A stretch of DNA of 64,000 nt, taken from a bacterium. GTDB lineage: Bacteria; Patescibacteriota; Minisyncoccia; Phycocordibacterales; JAKAEA01. The position numbers and the translations under genes were made by a program. Below the pieces are notes generated by a model. It searched no databases. It had not been told where the DNA came from and saw only the letters and a program-made list of their open reading frames with translations. The stretch spans positions 454,045 through 518,044 of the forward strand of contig JAKAEA010000001.1 of the NCBI GenBank assembly GCA_021818465.1, written 5' to 3'. Positions 18,164 to 26,427 of the stretch are shown piece after piece (within the stretch, counting starts at the first letter, position 1; each line of letters opens with the position of its first letter).

Positions 18164-18658
18164 ATTATACCTTTTACGACTGCTGTAGCCCTACTTCTCT
18201 CGACAACTCTTGCTCCTTCAAATAGCATTCTGGCATATCAAAATCCAATCTCTACGCCTGTTATTGATGCCGCATCAACGACGATTTCATCGACAAGTGA
18301 CACCCTTACTTCTGCAACACCTTTAGCGACAACTTCTTCCAATACCGCCGCTACCGATCCTATTAACGTTCGCGAATACGTTGAACACTACTTTGCCAAA
18401 ACACCGATTCTTATTAAGATCGCCGGCTGTGAGTCGCAGTTTCGTCAATATGATAAAAATGGCAATGTTCTTCGTGGTGCTATCGTGCACCAAGACATTG
18501 GCGTTATGCAAATCAACGAAACGTACCAAGGCGCACTTGCTTCAGCTCTTGGATACAACATCTACACCCTACAAGGCAACGTAGCGTATGCACAATGGCT
18601 ATATAATCAGGAGGGAGCACAACCTTGGTCATCTTCAAGTGCTTGCTGGAATCGCTAA
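18164..18658 (+). CDS. Secreted lysozyme-like/lytic transglycosylase (SLT-type), apparent ATT start (not in ORF track)
   Basis: Frame reads IIPFTTAVALLLSTTLAPS (signal-like), Ser/Thr linker, IAGCESQF (catalytic Glu), DIGVMQIN, GNVAYAQWLY..EGAQPW..SACW; no in-frame ATG/GTG/TTG between upstream TGA 18086 and the catalytic motif. Confidence 0.8.
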   Translation: MIPFTTAVALLLSTTLAPSNSILAYQNPISTPVIDAASTTISSTSDTLTSATPLATTSSNTAATDPINVREYVEHYFAKTPILIKIAGCESQFRQYDKNGNVLRGAIVHQDIGVMQINETYQGALASALGYNIYTLQGNVAYAQWLYNQEGAQPWSSSSACWNR

Positions 18659-18704
18659 AAATTGTAATTATTTGTAGGCTAGTATATCTACAATACTGGA
18701 TAGT

Positions 18705-18739
18705 CGAAAATTGCTTCACCTATAATGAAGCAATTTTCG
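18705..18739. terminator. 14-bp perfect inverted repeat between convergent genes
   Basis: CGAAAATTGCTTCA-CCTATAA-TGAAGCAATTTTCG. Confidence 0.7.
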
Positions 18740-18757
18740 TATACGTATCTGCCGTAT

Positions 18758-19576
18758 TTACATATGTTCTAAGTTCGTAGCAACTAAAAGATTTTTGAGT
18801 ACCTGTATAGTTTCTTCGGGCCCTTGTACTGCTACACATAAAGCACCAACAGTGAGTGCGGGCGCATCATTGCCGTCAGGAAAAAGTTCATCACCAACAT
18901 ATACCATTCGTTGCGGTGTTATAGAAAATGTTGTTAAAAGTTTTCGAAGACCATACGCTTTATCAATACCAGCACGAGTAATATCAATAGATGTTGCGCC
19001 GCCAATATGAATAGAGAATCCTGGCAATAAAGGCTTGAGGGCGGCTACCATAGCAGATCGTTTACGATGCTCAGGATCCCACGTTTTTTTTATATCCAAA
19101 GGCGCTTCCATACCATAGGCTGAAAAAGTAATTTGTGTGGAGCGATCTTCAATAATCGGGCCATAGGTCGTCGGTGGTTGCACAAAACCAACAGTAGTAA
19201 ACGCGTGTGCAAAAGCTTCTCTGATCTTTTGTTTTTCTTCGTCAGTAAACGGCTGATCCTGTGTACATTGCCATTTATTAGTATGAGCATCATAGCGACA
19301 CAGCTCACCACCATCAGTCGGCAAAATAGAGAGATTGGCTAACAAAGAAATGGGGCAGGGGAGATTATGTAAAAATTGACTCTGAAACTGCGCAAACGAT
19401 GCGCCAGAAATAACTGCAACTTTCCAATGTTGTAAAATTTTAATCAGTACTGCTGCCATTTCTGGTTGAAGAGGTGATTTACTTGGTGCTAAAGTCCCAT
19501 CCAGATCAAAAGCAATAATATCAATATTTTTAGGTACTATTTGGGCTATATTTTTAAGCGAAATTAGAGCACACAT
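18758..19576 (-). CDS. HAD-IIB hydrolase, phosphomannomutase-like
   Basis: DLDGTLAPSK, IEDRSTQITFSA, GGATSIDI, DKAYG, GDELFPDGND; start uncertain. Confidence 0.8.
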   Translation of the reverse strand: MCALISLKNIAQIVPKNIDIIAFDLDGTLAPSKSPLQPEMAAVLIKILQHWKVAVISGASFAQFQSQFLHNLPCPISLLANLSILPTDGGELCRYDAHTNKWQCTQDQPFTDEEKQKIREAFAHAFTTVGFVQPPTTYGPIIEDRSTQITFSAYGMEAPLDIKKTWDPEHRKRSAMVAALKPLLPGFSIHIGGATSIDITRAGIDKAYGLRKLLTTFSITPQRMVYVGDELFPDGNDAPALTVGALCVAVQGPEETIQVLKNLLVATNLEHM

Positions 19577-19682
19577 ATCAACACCTCTACTATACCAAAA
19601 ACACCAAGAAAATCGTATACTTATATTGTTACAAACCGCCCACAAGACCGTAGTATTTGTAGGGCGATTTGGTTTAAAAACC

Positions 19683-20234
19683 ATGCGCCAATTAGATAAT
19701 GAAAAAGAAATTATAGCCCACTGTCAAAATGGCGAAACCGCTTTTTTTGGAGCGTTATATGATCGCTACGTAAGAACCATATATAGTTTTATTTACTATA
19801 AAACATTCCACAAAGAAACAGCGGAAGATCTTACCAGCGAAACTTTTTTCAAGGCCCTAAACCACATCAAAGCCGTTGATCCTAATCGATCATTCCAGTC
19901 ATGGCTTTACAAAATTGCACAAAATTGTGTAATTGATCATTTTCGTCGCGAACGAAAAACAGAAAATGTTGATGATGTGTGGGATATTGCCGACAACACC
20001 AATCTTGAAATTGACGCTAATGTTTCTTTACAAATTAGTGCCTTACGTAAAGAACTTGGCCAACTCTCACATCTACAACGCGATATTATCATTATGCGCG
20101 TATGGCAAGAGTTGTCATATCGAGAAATAGCTGAGATAGTGGGGAAGAGTGAAGCGAGTTGCAAAATGAATTATTCACGAGCAGTTAAACACTTAAAAAA
20201 AGTCGTCCCTATCACCATAGGTATTACTGATTAA
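19683..20234 (+). CDS. ECF RNA polymerase sigma factor
   Basis: AEDLTSETF, SWLYKIAQNCVIDHFR, region 4 LSYREIAEIVGKSE. Confidence 0.92.
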   Translation: MRQLDNEKEIIAHCQNGETAFFGALYDRYVRTIYSFIYYKTFHKETAEDLTSETFFKALNHIKAVDPNRSFQSWLYKIAQNCVIDHFRRERKTENVDDVWDIADNTNLEIDANVSLQISALRKELGQLSHLQRDIIIMRVWQELSYREIAEIVGKSEASCKMNYSRAVKHLKKVVPITIGITD

Positions 20235-20238
20235 ACCA

Positions 20239-21573
20239 ATGAACTCAATAGAAGAAATTTTAGCCGAACTATACGCTATTGATTCTAGCTTCAAACGCCA
20301 TGAGGTAGATTTGCGATTACTTATTAAGCGCTTACGCCTTACTAAGCCAGATTTTTCTATTGATGACGCATTCGTGCGGCGCTTGCGTTCCGATATTCTC
20401 CATGGTGGCAAACCTAAACCAATTGGCTTTTTAGTTCGCTCTTATTTTATTCAAACAGGTAAAAATCTTTTTCGCTCAAGTGCTTTTGGCACCGCTGTCG
20501 CTCTCGTATTACTTGTACCTTTAGCTTATGCCGCCCAAATTTATCATAAAAATCAGTCCGGATCGTATCAAGTAGATAACGCTTTTGTATCTCTTGGTCA
20601 ACAGCAAGAAATTTCTTATAAACCACAAAACGCTTTTGGCCCTGTCGCGCTGACTACTGTTTCCGCAACAACCGCGGCGACAAACACACCACCTTTGCCA
20701 AGTTCTTCTATTTTTGCCACCATTGCAAGTTCGAGCGCCAGCACAACTGAAATGGCTTCAGTAACAGCCACAGGAACCCCTCCTGCATATATTTTTACTG
20801 GTATAGCACCCTCATTACAAACAACCACGGCAAATGTTATAGAGACTGACACTAGCAGCGATGCTCGTTCTGAACTCCTAGATAACATTCAAAACCTCGG
20901 TTTTGAATTAACAAACATAACGTCTATTGCTAATGCTAATAACAGTGTGGGGGGAATTGAGGTTCAAGAATCTCAACCATTTGGATATATTGTTTCTATG
21001 AATTTAAACAAAATGAGTATTGCAATATCTAAAAATTCAGCAGTGTGGCCAGACGAAACATACCTACCTCTCTCTTCCGACACAAGCGCCACCGACACGA
21101 TCACGGTAGCTTTAAACTTTTTACGATCTCACAATATTGACACATCGAACTACGGACCAGCCACTCTTCTTTCAGAAAATAGTGCTAGCTCTACAGCAAC
21201 TGTTCTCTTGCCACTTATTATTCATAAACAAAATGTGTACAATCCTGATGGAAGTTTGTATGGTATGCTCGTTTCCGTTGACCAAAAATTAGAAAAAGTA
21301 ACGGGAGTAACCGGTATCTCACTTCAAAAATATACGGCGTCACCATATCCAGTTGAAAATAATTTTACAAACATTTTGAACGAACTCAACGCCACTTCAA
21401 CACTCGCAACCAGTACCGCAACTGACACACCACAACTTGAAACACCACTCGCTGGTCTTATTCGCTATACCACCAACAATTACGAATTCTTTGTACCTGG
21501 TCTTATATTCCCCGTTGCTTCCTCTACAAATTCTATTACCATATCACTCTTGAAAGACTCTGCTGGAAAATAA
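20239..21573 (+). CDS. Putative anti-sigma factor with large Ser/Thr-rich extracytoplasmic domain
   Basis: Starts 4 nt after the ECF sigma; ~80-aa cytoplasmic N-terminus, one TM, long external region. Confidence 0.6.
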   Translation: MNSIEEILAELYAIDSSFKRHEVDLRLLIKRLRLTKPDFSIDDAFVRRLRSDILHGGKPKPIGFLVRSYFIQTGKNLFRSSAFGTAVALVLLVPLAYAAQIYHKNQSGSYQVDNAFVSLGQQQEISYKPQNAFGPVALTTVSATTAATNTPPLPSSSIFATIASSSASTTEMASVTATGTPPAYIFTGIAPSLQTTTANVIETDTSSDARSELLDNIQNLGFELTNITSIANANNSVGGIEVQESQPFGYIVSMNLNKMSIAISKNSAVWPDETYLPLSSDTSATDTITVALNFLRSHNIDTSNYGPATLLSENSASSTATVLLPLIIHKQNVYNPDGSLYGMLVSVDQKLEKVTGVTGISLQKYTASPYPVENNFTNILNELNATSTLATSTATDTPQLETPLAGLIRYTTNNYEFFVPGLIFPVASSTNSITISLLKDSAGK

Positions 21574-21600
21574 CATAACACTACGGTATACTACAAAAAA

Positions 21601-23058
21601 ATGAAAAAGAACTTAATTGCTATTGCGGCGTGCATCTTTGTGGCTGCAGCTATGGTGGTGTATGCCTTTTATTTTATTCCTCAACCAAACATACAAGCTT
21701 TTCACACCGTTGCAGTACAAAAAATGAACTTACAACATGTTGTGACTGCATACGGTACAGTAACTGCTGCTACGGAAGATAGTTTAGCTTTTCAGAAAAA
21801 CGGTACACTCAGTTCGGTCAATGTCGCCGTTGGTGATCACGTCACCGCAGGAGAAGTGCTTGCGACACTCGATACCGCTTCCGATGCCGCAGCAGTTGCC
21901 GCTGCCCAAGCTACGTTAGCTGAACTCTCGCGCAATCTTACCCCCCAACAACAAGCAGTTGCTAGCTCAACTCTAGAAACCGCACAAAAAAGCGCTATTT
22001 CTGCCGTCGCTGGAGCATATACCACCATCCAAAACGCTATTACAAACGATTCCAACAGTCTCTTTACTAGTCCACAATCAGCGAATCCGACATTCATCGT
22101 ACAAACACAAACATTTAATCAACAACAACAAATTGAAGCAGAACAAGTGAAAACAATTCTCGATCTTCAGGCGTGGAGTGCAGAAATAGCTGCTGGTACC
22201 ACATCAGCCGAAAAACTTTTGAGCGATGCAAAACATTACACGAGTACTATTGCTGCGTTTATTAATACTATTTCTACAGCTATTACTGCATTCGCTCAAA
22301 TAAGTTCTCCGGCACAAACTAACGTAGCTACATATCTCGCCACCATTAATACCGCCAATACTGCCATAGTAAACGCACAAAATGAAATTACTAGCGCTCA
22401 AACAGCGTTGGCTGTTGCTCAATCAAATTACAATCTGCAACAAGCTGGCAATACAGCACAAACCATTGCCGCTCAAGCAGCAAAAGTGCAGCAGGCCCAA
22501 GCGACTCTCGCTGAAGATTCACTTATTGCACCTGTCGATGGCACAGTAACAGAATCGAGTGGCAATATTGGCGAAACCGTAAACGCAAACACGCCATTCA
22601 TCCACATTATTTCTGACACACCGTACCAAGTTGATACATATTTACCAGAGGATTCTATCGGTCTTATTGCCCTCAACCAAGACGCAACAGTGACATTAGA
22701 TGCGTACGGTCCCTCCGTTATGTTTCCTGCAAAAGTAGTAACTATTGATCCTGGTCAAACGCTGATACATGGCGTAGGAATGTATAAAGTTACACTTCAA
22801 TTTCTCCATAATGATTCGCGTATTAAAGATGGCATGACAGCTAACGCTACCATTGTTGTCGGCGAAAACGATGGTGTACTCGCAGTACCCCAAAGCGCCG
22901 TGCTAGCTAATGCTGGATCGCCACTGGTACTTGTGGCCACATCGTCCGTTCTCAAAACCAAAAACGTCACCGTAGGCATTACCGGCGCCAATGGTTGGGT
23001 TGAAATTGATCAAGGCCTTTCAGAAGGCGAGCGAGTAGTAACATTCGGTAATCAATAA
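21601..23058 (+). CDS. Efflux membrane-fusion (adaptor) protein with long coiled coil
   Basis: Lipoyl halves VAVGDHVTAGEVLATLD and LIAPVDGTV, GMTANATI, GLSEGERVV. Confidence 0.85.
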   Translation: MKKNLIAIAACIFVAAAMVVYAFYFIPQPNIQAFHTVAVQKMNLQHVVTAYGTVTAATEDSLAFQKNGTLSSVNVAVGDHVTAGEVLATLDTASDAAAVAAAQATLAELSRNLTPQQQAVASSTLETAQKSAISAVAGAYTTIQNAITNDSNSLFTSPQSANPTFIVQTQTFNQQQQIEAEQVKTILDLQAWSAEIAAGTTSAEKLLSDAKHYTSTIAAFINTISTAITAFAQISSPAQTNVATYLATINTANTAIVNAQNEITSAQTALAVAQSNYNLQQAGNTAQTIAAQAAKVQQAQATLAEDSLIAPVDGTVTESSGNIGETVNANTPFIHIISDTPYQVDTYLPEDSIGLIALNQDATVTLDAYGPSVMFPAKVVTIDPGQTLIHGVGMYKVTLQFLHNDSRIKDGMTANATIVVGENDGVLAVPQSAVLANAGSPLVLVATSSVLKTKNVTVGITGANGWVEIDQGLSEGERVVTFGNQ

Positions 23059-23063
23059 AACAT

Positions 23064-23750
23064 ATGAGCGAAACAACATCAACACACCAAGATCAGGAGC
23101 GCGAAACCGCCCACCACAAACAACCAGTTTTACTCGTTCGTATTCTTAAGAGCTCATGGTTTTATACCGTGCTTTTATGTTTGGCAATTCTCGGCACAGC
23201 TGGCGGATTTCTATATATGCGTATTACCAACTCTCGCGTATATACTGATACAGCAACAATCTCTGCACCGGAAATCGCTCTCGCACCCGATGTTTCAGGT
23301 ACTTTAGAAGCAGTATATGTGCAAGATGGTGATTTTGTTAAAGCTAATACTCCGGTCGCTCGCGTTGGCAACGAAATTATTAAAACGACTGTTGATTCTT
23401 TGGTCATTTCAGAAAATAACGATATTGGCGCGCTCTTTAACCCTGGTCAGTCAGTCGTCACTGTTATCGATCCTTCACAGTTACGCGTACACGCCCAAGT
23501 TGAGGAAGATAAGGGTTTGGATAGAATTAAAGTGGGCGACCGAGTTATTTTTACCGTTGACGCATTCGGTTCAAAAGAATTTGTTGGTGTTGTTTCAAGT
23601 ATTAGTCCAACCGCCACAGCTAGTGACGTTGTATTTAATATTTCTAACTCCCGCCAAGAACAAAATTTTGACGTCAAAATCCGTTTTGACACGAGCGCGT
23701 ATCCGGAATTAAAAAACGGTATGTCAGCACGTGCCTGGATTTATCAATAA
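23064..23750 (+). CDS. Short HlyD/EmrA-like adaptor lacking the alpha-hairpin
   Basis: TM helix, VYVQDGDFVKANTPVA, IKVGDRVIFTVDAF, LKNGMSA. Confidence 0.8.
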   Translation: MSETTSTHQDQERETAHHKQPVLLVRILKSSWFYTVLLCLAILGTAGGFLYMRITNSRVYTDTATISAPEIALAPDVSGTLEAVYVQDGDFVKANTPVARVGNEIIKTTVDSLVISENNDIGALFNPGQSVVTVIDPSQLRVHAQVEEDKGLDRIKVGDRVIFTVDAFGSKEFVGVVSSISPTATASDVVFNISNSRQEQNFDVKIRFDTSAYPELKNGMSARAWIYQ

Positions 23751-23768
23751 AACAAATGGGCGTCGCGA

Positions 23769-25349
23769 ATGGCTACAGCCACAACAACACTACGAGATAG
23801 GGCAGGGGGCATCACGGCAGCCGGCGGTACTCTGAAGTGGATTATTCTTCTCACGGTTATCATTGGCACATTTCTTGGTCGTCTTGATCAGACCATTGTT
23901 AATCTGGCCCTACCTAAAATCATTAGCGACTTTCATATTACCGTCAGCGCTTCAAGCTGGATTGCTACGGCATATATCATCGCCAACGCTATTTTCGTGC
24001 CAATTTGGGGCAAATTAGGCGATACAACAGGTCGAAAACGCGTGTACCTTTGGGGATTTGGTATTTTTATCGCTGGCTCCATACTTGCCGCTCTTTCTTG
24101 GAACCTTAGTTCTTTAATCGTATTTCGTATCATTCAAGCCGTTGCGAGTTCGGCGGATTATCCAACGGCAATGGCTATTCTTGTTTTTACATTTCCTGAA
24201 AATAGAGAGCGGGCACAAGCCTTGGGTATTTGGTCGGCATCATTTGCTGCCGCTTCAGTTTTTGGGCCGCTTATTGGTGGCCCGCTCATTGACGCATTCG
24301 GTTGGCGTTCGGTTTTTTGGGTAAACGTGCCAGTCGGTATTGTTGGTGTGGTAATGGCTTGGAGTTTTATTCACGAATCACATTCGATACGCCGACGTGT
24401 TGTTAAATTTGATTGGTGGGGAGCAACTATTCTCGGCATAGCTGTAGCCACACTTTCACTTGTCCTTGATCAAGGACAAAGTTGGGGATGGCTTTCGGCC
24501 GCAAGTAACGCGTGCTACGCAGTCACCCTACTAGCGCTTCTTATTTTTATTGCTATTGAATATGATCATCCTGAACCACTCGTTGATTTGAAATTTTTCA
24601 AAAATAATCTTTTTGTGAGTGTGCTACTTAATAACATTATTATTTTTATGGCTCTTATGGGTGGTATTTTCCTTGTTCCTATTTTTGCCCAAACATTTCT
24701 TGGTTACAGTGCCACCCAGGCTGGATATTTGTTTATCCCGATGGCATTCATGTTTGTTATTTCCGCACCACTGGGCGGCTCCCTTGTTGGTAGAGTAGAA
24801 ATGCGATGGGTGATTATGGTAAGCACATTTGTTGGTAGTATTGGAATATTTCTCCTCGCCGGCATTGATCCACGCTCAACAGCGTGGGATATTATTTGGC
24901 CACTTATGATAATGGCATTCGGAATGGGATTTGGTATGGCCCAACGAACCAACGCTATTGCAGTAGCCGTACCACCCGAAGAAATTGGTATGGCTTCTTC
25001 TATTTTAATGCTCGGTCGCAATATTGCTGGCGCTTTTGGTATCTCTGTATTTGCCACACTTCTTAATAATTTTATCAACAGCAATGTGTTAACGTTTGCA
25101 AAATTTAGCCATCTGAATCTTAACAATATTGGCAATCAACTTTCCAACGTCTTGCCAACAACTACTATTGCCACACCCGCCAACGCTCACGCTACTTTTA
25201 TTCAACTCATTATTCTTAAAGCTGAAGTATCTGGCTATGGTGATGTGTTCTTTTGGGCAGCAATTGTTATGTGTACTGGTGCCGTGCTCGCATATTGGAT
25301 TAAAGGTGGCAAACTCGACAAAAATAAAAAAGTTCATGTAGAAGGGTAG
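23769..25349 (+). CDS. DHA2-family (EmrB/QacA) MFS efflux transporter
   Basis: LDQTIVNLALP, GKLGDTTGRKR, GPLIGG, WRSVFWVNVPVG; about 14 TM segments. Confidence 0.92.
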   Translation: MATATTTLRDRAGGITAAGGTLKWIILLTVIIGTFLGRLDQTIVNLALPKIISDFHITVSASSWIATAYIIANAIFVPIWGKLGDTTGRKRVYLWGFGIFIAGSILAALSWNLSSLIVFRIIQAVASSADYPTAMAILVFTFPENRERAQALGIWSASFAAASVFGPLIGGPLIDAFGWRSVFWVNVPVGIVGVVMAWSFIHESHSIRRRVVKFDWWGATILGIAVATLSLVLDQGQSWGWLSAASNACYAVTLLALLIFIAIEYDHPEPLVDLKFFKNNLFVSVLLNNIIIFMALMGGIFLVPIFAQTFLGYSATQAGYLFIPMAFMFVISAPLGGSLVGRVEMRWVIMVSTFVGSIGIFLLAGIDPRSTAWDIIWPLMIMAFGMGFGMAQRTNAIAVAVPPEEIGMASSILMLGRNIAGAFGISVFATLLNNFINSNVLTFAKFSHLNLNNIGNQLSNVLPTTTIATPANAHATFIQLIILKAEVSGYGDVFFWAAIVMCTGAVLAYWIKGGKLDKNKKVHVEG

Positions 25350-25443
25350 GTGCCTCTTGCTTTTTACATACACACGAGTACTATACCTAATCAGATTCGT
25401 GGTAGCATAATTTTTTCTTGATACGAAAGAAAGGAGTTCTTGT

Positions 25444-25752
25444 ATGTTAAAGTTACAGCGCCATCCGGAACACCGTGGAATTCTTGCTCAGGTTGCAAAC
25501 ATAACCGACCAACCAGAATATGAAGTTCTTGTACATGCCATTTTGTCTGTTGACACAGAAACAACAAACAGAACAGATGCCGAAAAAAAAGCTCTCTTGC
25601 TTTTAGCGCACGTTAAAAGAACAGGTCGATTACCTGACAGCATCGTCGATCATTTTCTCCTACCAATACTGATAGGAGAAATAAAAATTCTTGATACCTA
25701 TGGCAAAGCTATTGATATCAAAAAGAAATTAGCGATGTTAAATCATGCCTGA
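25444..25752 (+). CDS. Hypothetical protein
   Basis: AAGGAG Shine-Dalgarno upstream; 102-aa ORF; no recognised motif. Confidence 0.55.
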   Translation: MLKLQRHPEHRGILAQVANITDQPEYEVLVHAILSVDTETTNRTDAEKKALLLLAHVKRTGRLPDSIVDHFLLPILIGEIKILDTYGKAIDIKKKLAMLNHA

Positions 25753-25772
25753 CACATTTCATGGAGGTATGT

Positions 25773-26084
25773 ATGGCAAATTCAGAAGAAGCAGCCAGAG
25801 AATGGCACGTAACAGAATTTGTAAAAGATGTTGTTCGGCTTATAAAAGGAAATGAGAAAAAGGACGGAACAGCAAGTATTTATCACACTACTGTTCCAGG
25901 CGGTCTACTAACCATCGAGAGGGCATTACAACAAGGTCTTTTAATTATCAAAAGGGATCACGGAACATTTAATGACTATCAGATAACTTTTAAAGGCCTT
26001 ATGCTTTATTGGGAGGAAAGTGGTGAAGTTTTTTTGGTAAGTTGCCCAGTTGCTGACACCATAGCTGATACGCCGCCTTCGTAA
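25773..26084 (+). CDS. Hypothetical protein
   Basis: GGAGG Shine-Dalgarno before ATG 25773; followed by a GCCGCC/GGCGGC hairpin and T-run. Confidence 0.6.
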   Translation: MANSEEAAREWHVTEFVKDVVRLIKGNEKKDGTASIYHTTVPGGLLTIERALQQGLLIIKRDHGTFNDYQITFKGLMLYWEESGEVFLVSCPVADTIADTPPS

Positions 26085-26273
26085 AACCGTTGGCGGCTTT
26101 TTTTATCTTTTTTTTATCAGACCCATCATTCTCAAAGGGAAAGTTGTCGGCTATACCAACGTCTTTTTTGTGGAAAATTCATTAGCAGCACGACCTGTTT
26201 TTAGATATACTACAGGAAGAAAAAGACTGGTTTCTATATTTTTTTTAAAACCAGACCGTCATAGTTCAGATAT

Positions 26274-26301
26274 GAGCAGCACTTGCGGGGCTGCTCTTTT
26301 T
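26274..26301 (+). terminator. Intrinsic terminator-like hairpin in an intergenic region
   Basis: GAGCAGC-ACTTGCGGG-GCTGCTC-TTTTT. Confidence 0.55.
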
Positions 26302-26427
26302 AGTTTTATCAATTCTGCCGAAATCTGCCCAAAAACTATCCTTACCTGTAGGGAAGCACCTGACGCAAAAGTATAGATGCGTCGCACAATATATCTTTTA
26401 CGACATTGTCTTATTTTAAAAGGCCTT

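Noticed and set aside
18323-18719. Short track ORFs 18323-18529, 18381-18584 and 18513-18719
   Set aside because: They are shadows of the transglycosylase frame 18164-18658
26170-26376. 68-aa ORF from the track
   Set aside because: GTG start without support, runs through a terminator hairpin, no protein-like motif
26340-26390. GACGCAAAA as part of a c-di-GMP-I riboswitch
   Set aside because: The upstream GGCAAAC...GAAA P2 element is absent and no same-strand gene follows
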